Virus record (IMG/VR): IMGVR_UViG_3300048854_000081
Location: 96,001 to 160,000 of that record
DNA from: a virus
Taxonomy: Duplodnaviria > Caudoviricetes
Length of the DNA stretch: 64,000 nt
Strand: one strand, 5' to 3'
In this document: positions 39,433 through 48,923 of the stretch, piece by piece
Numbering within the stretch: the first letter of the stretch is position 1
Layout of the letters: each line of letters opens with the position of its first letter
Translations under genes and position numbers: made by a program
The notes under the pieces: model-generated
Told to the model about the DNA's origin: nothing
Databases searched by the model: none
What the model saw: only the letters and a program-made list of their open reading frames with translations

Positions 39433-40326
39433 TCAGAGTTCGACTTGATCCATGAATGTGTCGAAGTAGAAATACACTTCATTAATATTAGGAATCAAAT
39501 AGACACCATCGTAATATTTCTTGTACATCATGGAAACGTAGCCACCCCAATCGAAGCGCTCTTCCAACAGATAGACTTTATGTACTTCCATTTCCAACCC
39601 GACCAACTGAATCTTGATATCAGATTCAAATCCCTGTAAGACTGAGAATGCGTAAGCATTTCTTGGAAAGGAAGAAGAGGTCGCGATGACCAAAACGGAT
39701 ACACGCTTCTTAAGAGAAATCATCTGGTCAGCTAGGGATGCTCCTAGCCAGTCTCGCCAACCTATCCAATGCCCACCACGCTTTGGTTTAGCTGTTCTAA
39801 TACTTCTACCGTAAGATATGTTAGGCCACATAGGGATGTCCTTGGGTATCTTTCCGGCACGATAGGCTTCTAACCATTCATCCTTAGTCTTTAAACGTAA
39901 GGAACGGGCATAGTCGCGAGCTTCATGATAGTCGCGGTAAACAGGACGTAATTCAGGGAATACGTTATAGGAATTGAGGAAATCACCCCAACCCTGCCAT
40001 TCACGCTGGTAACTGCGTTGCGGGTTCTTGGGTATACGCGCGGGGACATTTGCATTCCACCAGCGGTGATAATCACTAAGCGAACTTAAACCTTCGGCAC
40101 GAATGATGTCTCTAGCATCTGCAAAGGGCATACAAAACGCTGGACGGCCGGGTTTACCGGGTATTTTATCCACTTTTTTCTTAGGTGGTCTTCCGGGTTT
40201 ACCTTTTGTTTTCGTCTTACTTTTACGAGCTTTATTGGTCGTAACGACCTTTCTGCCAGTACCATAAACATTCTTAAGACGTTTAACCTTTTTAACAGGC
40301 TTTGGTTCGTTAATTTCTTCGGTCAT
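39433..40326 (-). CDS. Putative DNA-binding protein with AT-hook-like motifs and two 'integrase repeat'-like units
   Basis: GRPPKK and PGRP; two units of the type FxxAR...GL.S...W...IP..P...Y...W.GW.D(F/W)L. Confidence 0.6.
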   Translation of the reverse strand: MTEEINEPKPVKKVKRLKNVYGTGRKVVTTNKARKSKTKTKGKPGRPPKKKVDKIPGKPGRPAFCMPFADARDIIRAEGLSSLSDYHRWWNANVPARIPKNPQRSYQREWQGWGDFLNSYNVFPELRPVYRDYHEARDYARSLRLKTKDEWLEAYRAGKIPKDIPMWPNISYGRSIRTAKPKRGGHWIGWRDWLGASLADQMISLKKRVSVLVIATSSSFPRNAYAFSVLQGFESDIKIQLVGLEMEVHKVYLLEERFDWGGYVSMMYKKYYDGVYLIPNINEVYFYFDTFMDQVEL

Positions 40327-40367
40327 TTGTGTATAAAAAATAAATACTCGTATAATATTATAAGAAC

Positions 40368-40751
40368 ATGAGCAGCCCATCAAAATTCCAACAATGGTCT
40401 AATGCCATCGCAGAAAGTGTTGATACGTGGAGAATCATACCCCGTATGATGCTTTTGGCTTACGGTGCATTGGTTATTAACCTGTACACATGGTACAAGT
40501 CAATTCCTACATTTATGCAGCAAAAATGTGATGCTGCCGTTCTTAAAATATTTATGGACGGTGGCCTTGGCGTGCAACAGGCTAAAGCTCTCGCTTGTAC
40601 CGTAGTTGACGTGGTAGGTGGTCCAACATCCAATCAATCCCTTTTCGTGACAACCATCATCGGTCTTTCGACCGGTATCTTTGGTTTATATACGGCCACG
40701 GGAAAGAAGTGGGATAATATTATCCCACCTCCGTCAAATCCTCAAACCTAA
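40368..40751 (+). CDS. Two-TM membrane protein (holin-like candidate)
   Basis: WRIIPR followed by two hydrophobic segments; TAAATA at 40341. Confidence 0.5.
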   Translation: MSSPSKFQQWSNAIAESVDTWRIIPRMMLLAYGALVINLYTWYKSIPTFMQQKCDAAVLKIFMDGGLGVQQAKALACTVVDVVGGPTSNQSLFVTTIIGLSTGIFGLYTATGKKWDNIIPPPSNPQT

Positions 40752-41685
40752 AAGAATTAGTGTTGAGCATTTTAGCGTAACGCTTGGATTCATCAATGAT
40801 TCGATCAAGGTCATGATGCCTACAGAACTTCATAAACTTGATTACGTTAAATTTACCACGATTGTTCATGGCTTTAACGATAGTTTTTTCCATTCTTGCA
40901 CGAATTTCCACCGGCTGCTGGCGCAAATCCATCAGTAACTCATTTTCCTCAAACAATTCCTTGGTTTTATAAGAATGCTTACGAAGATTGCCATCCGCAT
41001 CAAATTCCTCTACCTCAAATTCATGTTCCATGAGGTTAGTTTTAAGGTATTCGTCTTTATAAGCCGCGTCAATCTTTGTCTTTCTTAATTTTGGATAACT
41101 GGATATTACGTTATCGCTTGTATCCCCTCGGATGCACTTCTCAAACATAAAGTGCTTGTGATCGAAATCCCACTCTAGAAGAGTTCTCTTCTTTTCCTTA
41201 TCTGGTTCGATAAGAGTAACGTTTGGATTGTCCAACAACTGCATGAAGTCTTTGTCGGTACTGATGATAATATGCTTATCATCAGGGTACTTATCCACGA
41301 AACCAGCGATCAAATCGTCACATTCCAGCAGATTACCTTTCAATACTATCAAAGTAGTATTTTCTTTTAGGAATTCATGGAAATCCTGAATATGAGCATC
41401 GAACACTTTCAGTTGGTCGATTTCCTTTTGAGAAAGATTCTGTCTACGCTTACCTTTGTATGGCTTATGGGTGATACCTGCATACTTGACGTATTCCTTT
41501 CTCCACGAATGAGAGTCGAATGACGCCACAATCTCATCAGGCTTGTACTTATTGTTTAGATACTGCATAGACACCAAAGCAGAATGATGACACATACTCA
41601 TTAATATGTCCTCATTATGCTTAACGTTCGCATAGAATGCCCGATATAACATGTTAGACATGTCTATGTGCATGTATGTTCTCAT
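40720..41685 (-). CDS. rnh: T4-type RNase H / 5'-3' flap exonuclease
   Basis: IDMSN, SWRK, YKGKR, ECDDLI, STDKDFMQL, GDTSDNV. Confidence 0.9.
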   Translation of the reverse strand: MRTYMHIDMSNMLYRAFYANVKHNEDILMSMCHHSALVSMQYLNNKYKPDEIVASFDSHSWRKEYVKYAGITHKPYKGKRRQNLSQKEIDQLKVFDAHIQDFHEFLKENTTLIVLKGNLLECDDLIAGFVDKYPDDKHIIISTDKDFMQLLDNPNVTLIEPDKEKKRTLLEWDFDHKHFMFEKCIRGDTSDNVISSYPKLRKTKIDAAYKDEYLKTNLMEHEFEVEEFDADGNLRKHSYKTKELFEENELLMDLRQQPVEIRARMEKTIVKAMNNRGKFNVIKFMKFCRHHDLDRIIDESKRYAKMLNTNSFRFEDLTEVG

Positions 41686-41966
41686 TCGTCGTCGCTCTGC
41701 ATCAATTTGTCATCAAGGACATTCTTCATGTGGGCACGTTCAAATACCTTATAAAGGTAGGCTTCAATAACCTGCTCATCATTAATACCCGGATAACCCT
41801 TGGAGCGAAGTTCCTTGATGAAGGATTTGTTCCAATCCATTTCAACTTTGACGCCTGTATCAGCAGCCTCGATCAGTTCCAGATTGAAGAATGGTTCTTC
41901 TGAATTCTGAATCTTCTCGCGCTTTCTATAATTGAAAAAATCTCTAATTGTTTTAATCATTTGCAT
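41682..41966 (-). CDS. Hypothetical protein in the replication cluster
   Basis: EMDWNKSFIKEL...GY.G; sits between the clamp and RNase H genes. Confidence 0.7.
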   Translation of the reverse strand: MQMIKTIRDFFNYRKREKIQNSEEPFFNLELIEAADTGVKVEMDWNKSFIKELRSKGYPGINDEQVIEAYLYKVFERAHMKNVLDDKLMQSDDE

Positions 41967-41969
41967 TCC

Positions 41970-42707
41970 TTATGCTTCTGGTAGCACGTAGATGTGGAAG
42001 CCGTTTACATTGACCTTCATTACACCGCGCTTAGATATATTTACATTCAATTCTCCGTTCTCGTCCATGGCAGCGCGGAACAAAGGAAGGACGTACTTAA
42101 TTTCATACTCGTGGAAGAAGTTAGTCTTGTCAGCTTCATCATCAGTTTCGAACGTTTCTGAAATCAAATGGTCGAACATATCGCCATTTACGTCAGAGGT
42201 TCTAAACTTAACCGAACCATCCTTTTCCGAAGAGAAGGAAATCTTGGTGGTATCAATCGCGGTGGCAGCTTTTGCCATGATCTTCAAGGTATCCTCAGCA
42301 ACGGAGAATCCGTAAAAGAATGGGTCAGTGAATCGACGTGGAGCCTTGATCTTCATCACATCTTGGCATGAAAAGTCCACCTTGGTTCTCTTAGAGGACA
42401 ATACAAGCTTTCTGACGAAGATATCGCCGTTATCACGTTCCTTACCTTCATAACCAATCTCTAAAGCATCCTGATCCAGAATAGCGATACGGTTACCCAA
42501 TACCTTAATTCTAGGAATACCAATGGTGCTAAACCCGAAATTGGTAGGGATATTCTCAGTTTCTAACATGAAAATACCCTTGGAGTTATCCGTGGATTGA
42601 CCACGGATAACTTCTGGTTCAATAGCGACATCTTCAATGCCACAAATACTACAAGTCTTGATTAGCTTCTGAATGAACTTCAGGCTATCTTTGGATAATT
42701 TTTCCAT
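41970..42707 (-). CDS. gp45: Sliding clamp (gp45-like)
   Basis: 245 aa, MEKLSKDSL start, position directly after the polymerase, clamp-like beta/alpha pattern. Confidence 0.65.
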   Translation of the reverse strand: MEKLSKDSLKFIQKLIKTCSICGIEDVAIEPEVIRGQSTDNSKGIFMLETENIPTNFGFSTIGIPRIKVLGNRIAILDQDALEIGYEGKERDNGDIFVRKLVLSSKRTKVDFSCQDVMKIKAPRRFTDPFFYGFSVAEDTLKIMAKAATAIDTTKISFSSEKDGSVKFRTSDVNGDMFDHLISETFETDDEADKTNFFHEYEIKYVLPLFRAAMDENGELNVNISKRGVMKVNVNGFHIYVLPEA

Positions 42708-42741
42708 TCAACAAATCTCTTTCTAATAGTCTATCATTTAC

Positions 42742-45342
42742 TCAATATTCAAACAAGTCATCTACCATGACTGTTTTCTTCGTTGGAGCATATTCACCGA
42801 TGGCGGTTAGGATTGACTGAAGTGGATTATCTACCAATCGTGTCAACTGTGCCTTACGATCAATCAATGGTGCAAAATGTTCCATAAACCATGGCGGTGG
42901 TGCCTTCATGTCGGTTGGAATAGCAATACTCTTAAACTTATCGAACTTCTTAGTTAGATAATACTTCTTGATCTTCATTCCTGACACGATTTTTGGTGAC
43001 TCCTTGTCTCCGTACACTTCCAGACACTTATTGTAGAATATCGCTGCCATAACGTGACCCGGTACACGTAGACCCGGTTCATTGCGGTTGTAACGATGAG
43101 TGTAATCCTCTACACCCTTAATACCACCCGGCAGACCGATATTGACCAGTTGTTCATTGATAAGGAAATCCTTATACGTCACAACCTTCTTCGCAATCGT
43201 CCTCCACTGTTCACCCTTCAAGAAAGATTCAAGATAGTCAGTCAATGTCTTACTAATTGCCTTCGGAATCGTGGTTTTCTTAATCTGAAGACCCATCACC
43301 TTCATCTTTTCCGATGGTGAACCATCAGCATACAGAAGATGCATGATGTAGAACTTCTTCTTTACGAAAATACTGCGATCCGCAATGGTATCCAATTCCG
43401 CCTTGATAAGGTCAGTGAATTCACCAATACAAAAGAATTTCTCTTTCGTGAAAATTTCGAATGAATTGTTTACCTTTTTCTCGATCAGCTTAGCCACTCT
43501 CACCGCATCTTCCAAATTATCCACAGGTGCTATTGCATAGCACGAGTCAGTATCCGAATAGATACATGATGGGGATGGGTACGTGTACTCACCGTCCAAA
43601 TGTAAGGCAACTGTCTTGACCATGTGCATCAGCGCTTCACGTCCGCTTCGGGTAGTCGATTCTGCCATTCTGATATCATAGAACTTGAAGAATTTATTAC
43701 CTAGGCAACCGTAAGTCGAGTTAAGCAGAAGCTTCATGATGAACTGCTTTCTGTTATAGAAGGCAGCTTCTTGATCATACTTCAGATATTCATCCGAACC
43801 CTTAGGATACTTTTTCATATTATCCTTGGCTTCTTTCATTTTGGCTTTGAATATCTTACGGCCTCTGTACCACTCTTCAAGGATCGACGGGATGAACCCC
43901 TTCATATCCTGTCGGAATACAGTTCCGTAGCCACTGACGCACATCTGGCGCGCTCTGAGCACATCAGGCCATTGATTGGCAGGATGCGTTTCACTGTCGC
44001 CATTATCCAGCAATAATGTAATGTTTTTGCTACTTCTATCGGTAATCTCTTCGAATGCTATAAAATCACTATGGAACTGACCGATGATCATTTCCGGACT
44101 GATATTTAACGTTCTGATTGCCGAAGGATATAGCGAGTTAACGTCAACCGAGAACACCCAATCATGCATACCGACGATTGGATCAAGAACCAAGGCACCC
44201 GCGAACTTATCGTTACTCATCGAGTAATCAGGGTCTTTGGAGTCTGGAACCTTGAAGTTTAATTCGTGGTGACATTTGTTAATGATTGCTGATTCTACAA
44301 TCTTTACTGTACCTAACACGTCGTTCATCAATGCTGTCGATGAATGATAGTTAAGAATAGCAATTTCCATGTAGCCTAGCTTTTCTTCGAAGCCCTTCAG
44401 AACTTCCGTATCTCTAACGTTGTATCGACAGAAGTGTGGGAAGTTATCGTAATACAAGCTGTACAAGCTACCATCATACTCTAACTTGGATAGTTCAGGC
44501 ATGATTTCCTCAGAAATTGCCTCCAAGCTGAACGATGGTCGAGTCGTTGTTTCGAACTTTCTAAAGATTTCCAGATAGTCGATATGAACACGACCGAAGA
44601 TGTCAACGTGTAACTGCTTCGAACCTACGAATACTTCAACTTCCTTAGTCTTCGGCTTTGGTGCGTTATGGAACGATAGACGGTTAGCCATGGCTTCACC
44701 GTAACGATCCAACATTCTCATGTAAAGATATGGTACGTCGAAGCCCGCACTGTTCCAACCGCTTATGATGTCGGAGTTTTCTATTTCATCTAGGAAACGG
44801 AGTAATAACTCCTTTTCTGTCTTACATACCGTAATATCTGACATGTCATGTAGGTCAGCCGGAATATCCTTGGCAGTCCACTTACCATTATCAGGTAGAA
44901 CTACTAGGAGCACCATTCTATCGGTATGATGATGGTAGATCGATATTGCGCTTACGGCTGCATACGGGTTTTCTGGTGAACTGAAACCACGTTTTGGATC
45001 ATAGTCTACTTCGATGTCGAATAGGCTAAAGTTTAGTCGGCCTACATCCTTACCATAGTAGTTTTCGGAAAGAACCTTGTAGATCGGGTTAATGTCCGAT
45101 TCGTAAAGTTTGATTCCTCGTTCTTTGTAATCTTTCTTGGTGTTGAAGAATTCGAATGCATTATTAAACTGAACTTTACTCAGCTTTTCACCGTGAATAT
45201 CTTGGTATTCACCTTTCTTATTTTTAATGTAGAACTCATAAGGTGCATCGTACCTTTTGGTCACTACTTTATTCTTATCACGTTCCCAAACATTTACATG
45301 CTTGCGATCCTCGGATAAGGCCGCTGAAATGTAAGTCATCAA
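42742..45342 (-). CDS. gp43: Family B DNA polymerase (gp43-like)
   Basis: Exonuclease motifs DIE, GWNSAGFD, YNVRD; polymerase motifs DVNSLYPS, KLLLNSTYG, YSDTDS, KKKFY. Confidence 0.96.
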   Translation of the reverse strand: MMTYISAALSEDRKHVNVWERDKNKVVTKRYDAPYEFYIKNKKGEYQDIHGEKLSKVQFNNAFEFFNTKKDYKERGIKLYESDINPIYKVLSENYYGKDVGRLNFSLFDIEVDYDPKRGFSSPENPYAAVSAISIYHHHTDRMVLLVVLPDNGKWTAKDIPADLHDMSDITVCKTEKELLLRFLDEIENSDIISGWNSAGFDVPYLYMRMLDRYGEAMANRLSFHNAPKPKTKEVEVFVGSKQLHVDIFGRVHIDYLEIFRKFETTTRPSFSLEAISEEIMPELSKLEYDGSLYSLYYDNFPHFCRYNVRDTEVLKGFEEKLGYMEIAILNYHSSTALMNDVLGTVKIVESAIINKCHHELNFKVPDSKDPDYSMSNDKFAGALVLDPIVGMHDWVFSVDVNSLYPSAIRTLNISPEMIIGQFHSDFIAFEEITDRSSKNITLLLDNGDSETHPANQWPDVLRARQMCVSGYGTVFRQDMKGFIPSILEEWYRGRKIFKAKMKEAKDNMKKYPKGSDEYLKYDQEAAFYNRKQFIMKLLLNSTYGCLGNKFFKFYDIRMAESTTRSGREALMHMVKTVALHLDGEYTYPSPSCIYSDTDSCYAIAPVDNLEDAVRVAKLIEKKVNNSFEIFTKEKFFCIGEFTDLIKAELDTIADRSIFVKKKFYIMHLLYADGSPSEKMKVMGLQIKKTTIPKAISKTLTDYLESFLKGEQWRTIAKKVVTYKDFLINEQLVNIGLPGGIKGVEDYTHRYNRNEPGLRVPGHVMAAIFYNKCLEVYGDKESPKIVSGMKIKKYYLTKKFDKFKSIAIPTDMKAPPPWFMEHFAPLIDRKAQLTRLVDNPLQSILTAIGEYAPTKKTVMVDDLFEY

Positions 45343-45352
45343 TTACCTCAAT

Positions 45353-45378
45353 AAAAAAGCGAGGGTTTCCCCTCGCTT
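45353..45378 (-). terminator. Intrinsic terminator-like hairpin upstream of the DNA polymerase gene
   Basis: AAGCGAGGG-GAAA-CCCTCGCTTTTTT on the minus strand. Confidence 0.7.
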
Positions 45379-45406
45379 AGTATGCTACCATTTAACCCTG
45401 ATTCAG

Positions 45407-45724
45407 TCAATCTTCTTCGGATTCATCATCTGAGTCAGTTGCACCAGCACCCATGATACCTTCGTAAATCAATTCGATGGCAGAATGCTCTTCGCTAATG
45501 TCGTCGAAGTTATGTTCGAAAACGATCTTAGCAATCTTAGGAATTAGCTTCTTAGGCATCTGATAGTCGTTACTTAGAACTTCTACATAGCTCTTAAGGT
45601 CTTCACGGCGATCCTTGATCGTTTGCGTGATGCCAGCCATTTCATAAAAAATGTCTCTGATCTTCTTACGATCAGCAGGGTTGGAAGGAAGGGTAAAACT
45701 TGAAGCGTCTGTATCTTTTGCCAT
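45407..45724 (-). CDS. T4 DsbA-like double-stranded DNA-binding protein
   Basis: DRKKIRD..EM....IKD.RE...I.KIAK...NF...E..YE pattern; AGGA RBS before ATG 45724. Confidence 0.6.
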   Translation of the reverse strand: MAKDTDASSFTLPSNPADRKKIRDIFYEMAGITQTIKDRREDLKSYVEVLSNDYQMPKKLIPKIAKIVFEHNFDDISEEHSAIELIYEGIMGAGATDSDDESEED

Positions 45725-45749
45725 TTGTATTATGTCCTGAATTATTAAA

Positions 45750-46370
45750 TTAAAACCATGTTCTGTAATCACCGGGATATTGATTTTTATCATATACAAA
45801 TGGTGTCTGTGCAGTGATATGAATGCGAATTACATTCATATTACCCATAGCGACATCCGTGTATGTATTGATAAAGTAATCATTCGATGGGAACATCAAC
45901 ATTGTTCCAGCTTTAGGTATTATTGTCAACTGATGATTAAGAAATTCGACCTTACCACCAAACGATTCCATAAGAGTATCACGAATGGAACTATTCTTAG
46001 AAGAACCCAAGAAGATGAGTACCGTGAAATCAAAATCCTTGGATTTCACCCACTTGCCATCAAAGTAGGAGGCGTTGTCTGGACGCGGCGGCTCAGACTT
46101 ATAGCCTTCGGCAAGCCATTCAAACTTGAAAGGTGAAATGTTTAGAGTGGAGAAGCCGTAGTACTGTTCTGCAACATCTAGTAAAGCATCAAGCTTTTCC
46201 GTCAGACGAATCTCGGCGAGTTGGTTGGTTTTGATTGTTCGAATGGGAGTATTCTTCATATCTCTATTTGGGAGAGTATGCTTCAGACTAAGTACGATAT
46301 CCTCGCACTGTTCGAACGGAATGAAATCTTCCTGAAGAATAAAGGGAGATTTAGACGGTCTTTGATTCAT
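45750..46370 (-). CDS. 2OG-Fe(II) oxygenase (prolyl-hydroxylase-like) fold protein, apparently lacking iron ligands
   Basis: DFIP..QC, DFTVLIFL, FGGKVEF, I.PKAGTMLMFPS; HxD appears as RPD. Confidence 0.65.
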   Translation of the reverse strand: MNQRPSKSPFILQEDFIPFEQCEDIVLSLKHTLPNRDMKNTPIRTIKTNQLAEIRLTEKLDALLDVAEQYYGFSTLNISPFKFEWLAEGYKSEPPRPDNASYFDGKWVKSKDFDFTVLIFLGSSKNSSIRDTLMESFGGKVEFLNHQLTIIPKAGTMLMFPSNDYFINTYTDVAMGNMNVIRIHITAQTPFVYDKNQYPGDYRTWF

Positions 46371-46818
46371 TTATTAATGTTTCCTTCAATTGTATCGATG
46401 GCTTACCTTCCTGCTTTTCAGAAAGTAATTTCAATACGAAGTTAACATTATAGGCAGCTTTCTCTAAAATGTCAATGTTTAACGTAACGTGTGCTTCGTT
46501 ATCCATTTCACATAGGTTAGACATGATAGTTCTACCAAATAGGGTGATCTTACCCGAACCGCATAGGTTTCTCATAGCTTCATAGGATTCAACATATAAA
46601 ATGTTTTCATCACCAAGCGATGCTTCTAGTATAGGAGCATCGCTAAAGTCGAGAACCTTAACCTTAAGGTTCTCTTCTACTGTATCTCCCATAGGCTCAG
46701 TCGATTTGATTTCAGGTTGATCCAATGGAATTTTCTTAAAATCAATATCGTATTGCTCGATAATCATTTTGTTATCGAGCACATATCTAAGCATATCTTC
46801 GAAGCTAGGAAATACCAT
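46351..46818 (-). CDS. Hypothetical protein
   Basis: 155-aa ORF coupled to the upstream gene. Confidence 0.6.
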   Translation of the reverse strand: MVFPSFEDMLRYVLDNKMIIEQYDIDFKKIPLDQPEIKSTEPMGDTVEENLKVKVLDFSDAPILEASLGDENILYVESYEAMRNLCGSGKITLFGRTIMSNLCEMDNEAHVTLNIDILEKAAYNVNFVLKLLSEKQEGKPSIQLKETLINESKTV

Positions 46819-48371
46819 TACTGGTTACCACCCGGAACTTGTGGTGTGGTGTTCTGTGGTGTTGCAGGCTGGTTACCATTTTGTGGTACCTGCTGTTGCT
46901 GGGTCTGTTGTGCTTGCTGCGGATTAGCCTTCTGAGCATTAGCTTCATCTTGAGTGTACTGGCTATCTAGCTGTACAGACTTGATTCTAGCATTCAGTTC
47001 ATCCATTTCATAACGAAGCTTCTGCTTCTTATAGTTCTGAGTGATCTGGTCGTCAGTAGGAAGAATCTTATACTTATCCTGCAACTGAAGCTTTTCCTTC
47101 TGTAACTGCTGGACATTATCAAACTGATCTTCCTTAAGGATATTGATCGCATCCATTAAAAAGCTCTTCGATTCATTCTGAGAACCACGAGATTGCTGGA
47201 CATTGTATCTTGCGATATCAGCGTACTTCTTAGCATCCTTTTCCTTCTTTTTCTGTGCCGAAACCTGCGCTTCCACGCGGGCTAGCTCTTCCTGACGACG
47301 AACTTCCTTATCGGCAGCAATGGCAGACCATTCAGCCTGCTTAGCACGCGATTCTTCAGCGGCAGCATCAGCCTTAGCTTCTTCAGCATTAGCCTGAGCC
47401 TTAAGCATAGAAACGATTTGGTTAAGAATTGAAGTCTCATCTTGTGGAGCTTCTTCATCACCAAAATCTTCAACATTACCGTCTTCAGTGGATTCATCAG
47501 GTGGAAGACCATCTGTACCCATACCACCGGTACCATCATCCGCACCAATGTCACCAGCATTCATATCCTGACCGGTACCATCATCAGCACCAGCACCTAA
47601 CTGGTCATCTGCGGTACCCTGCGGCTGTGCTTGGTTGGTTGGACCACCTAGGGAAGCATCGCCACCTAGACTTGGGTCACCACCCATACCATCGTCCATT
47701 CCACCACCATCCATAGCACCGAAATCATCTGGTGTACTACCCATGGTGGATTGGTCACCTGTAAATTCTTCAGGAGACTTGGATGCCATATCAGCATTAT
47801 ACACAACATCGGTAGGAATAATAGGGAAGTCAACAGTAACGATTTCAAACTTATCTCTTAGATTGAAAAGAATTTCAGCTAGAGAGTTGCCTTTGATTTC
47901 AATACCGGAACTTTTGTTAGACTTAGCATCAGCCAATTGGCGAGCTAGGGTTTCTTCAAATTCTTTAGCCTGATCACCACGAACGGTGATACGCATTACG
48001 TTACCCTTGTCATCTTCGACGCCGTAGGATACTACACCAACATCGTCGGCAGCAGTCTCAACTTCGGAACCCTTTAGACGGGAAACGATATCGTTCATAT
48101 CAAAATCTTCATTCACCTTACGGCGAAGAACGAAATCCTTAAATGATCTTTTCTTGGTCTGCTTCTTCTTAGCTTCCTTAGCCTTAGCAATCTGCTCGCG
48201 CATCTTGGCATACTTTTCATTATCGGAAACTTCTTTCTTACGAGTATCTTTCCAGTCATTTTCGGAACGACGGTGTTCGCTTCTGGAATCACCAGAAGGG
48301 TTGGCTGCAATGGAACCTGCGCCAGTCGAACCACCAGCAGCGGTTTCTTGTAAAAATGTCTTAAAACTCAT
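46818..48371 (-). CDS. Acidic low-complexity/coiled-coil protein, probable internal head or scaffold protein
   Basis: MSFKTFLQE N-terminus, G/D-rich disordered centre, A/E/K coiled coil, Q-rich tail; TAAATA at 48402-48397. Confidence 0.55.
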   Translation of the reverse strand: MSFKTFLQETAAGGSTGAGSIAANPSGDSRSEHRRSENDWKDTRKKEVSDNEKYAKMREQIAKAKEAKKKQTKKRSFKDFVLRRKVNEDFDMNDIVSRLKGSEVETAADDVGVVSYGVEDDKGNVMRITVRGDQAKEFEETLARQLADAKSNKSSGIEIKGNSLAEILFNLRDKFEIVTVDFPIIPTDVVYNADMASKSPEEFTGDQSTMGSTPDDFGAMDGGGMDDGMGGDPSLGGDASLGGPTNQAQPQGTADDQLGAGADDGTGQDMNAGDIGADDGTGGMGTDGLPPDESTEDGNVEDFGDEEAPQDETSILNQIVSMLKAQANAEEAKADAAAEESRAKQAEWSAIAADKEVRRQEELARVEAQVSAQKKKEKDAKKYADIARYNVQQSRGSQNESKSFLMDAINILKEDQFDNVQQLQKEKLQLQDKYKILPTDDQITQNYKKQKLRYEMDELNARIKSVQLDSQYTQDEANAQKANPQQAQQTQQQQVPQNGNQPATPQNTTPQVPGGNQ

Positions 48372-48410
48372 TACGTTATTCCATATTAGTTCATTATATT
48401 TATTGACAAA

Positions 48411-48923
48411 TTACTTAAAGAGCGTTTTTTCAGTAGCTATTCTAAAGGTAACACCATTTTTCTTGCACCATGCTTCGGCAGCTTGCCACTTCGCCATGTT
48501 GACTGTGTATACGTAATTTTCTTGTATCTTCGTCGTAGCTTTGCGCGCTTTAGATGGTCTGGTCTGCTTATCTGGTTTGATTTCAATCAATTCTTTACGT
48601 TCGTTACCATTTTTGTCAATATATTCAACGTACAAGTCAGGGAAGTATTTTGCTCGTTTAACAGTAGCCTTACCTTTTATAATGGTAGGCTTCATGTAAT
48701 CAATACCAAATGGTTCAGAAGCCCACCCTATAATGTAAGGATTGGTGTCTAGAAACTTGAATGCTCTCTGCTCCCATGATGATCTAAAGATAATGTTAGT
48801 AGCATCACCCAAATAGCGGTGAGGATCAGTAGGGGTAAACATACCCTGACGATAGTTACCTGCTGTTTTTCTAGGCTTTTTAACCTTTGCAAATTTTCTA
48901 GGAGCTTTATCAGAAGTTTCCAA
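48411..48923 (-). CDS. gp4: Head completion protein (T4 gp4-like, TnsA-type nuclease fold)
   Basis: YRQGMF.P....Y.GD...I.FRSSWE...WASE...YFPD...IEIKP..QT...N.AKW.AA...F.I.TE. Confidence 0.9.
   Translation of the reverse strand: METSDKAPRKFAKVKKPRKTAGNYRQGMFTPTDPHRYLGDATNIIFRSSWEQRAFKFLDTNPYIIGWASEPFGIDYMKPTIIKGKATVKRAKYFPDLYVEYIDKNGNERKELIEIKPDKQTRPSKARKATTKIQENYVYTVNMAKWQAAEAWCKKNGVTFRIATEKTLFK

Noticed and set aside
45750-46370. Active prolyl hydroxylase supplying hydroxyproline for the GT60 enzyme (complete Skp1-like pathway)
   Set aside because: The HxD...H iron ligands are not visible, so activity cannot be supported. Reported instead as a probable pseudo-enzyme.
47429-47716. His-rich 95-aa plus-strand ORF
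   Set aside because: Antisense shadow of the Asp/Gly/Met-rich (GAT GGT ATG) region of the 46818..48371 gene.
48411-48923. TnsA-like nuclease as evidence of a Tn7 transposon
   Set aside because: Motifs and position among tail and head genes match the T4 gp4 head completion protein. No other tns genes or transposon ends.
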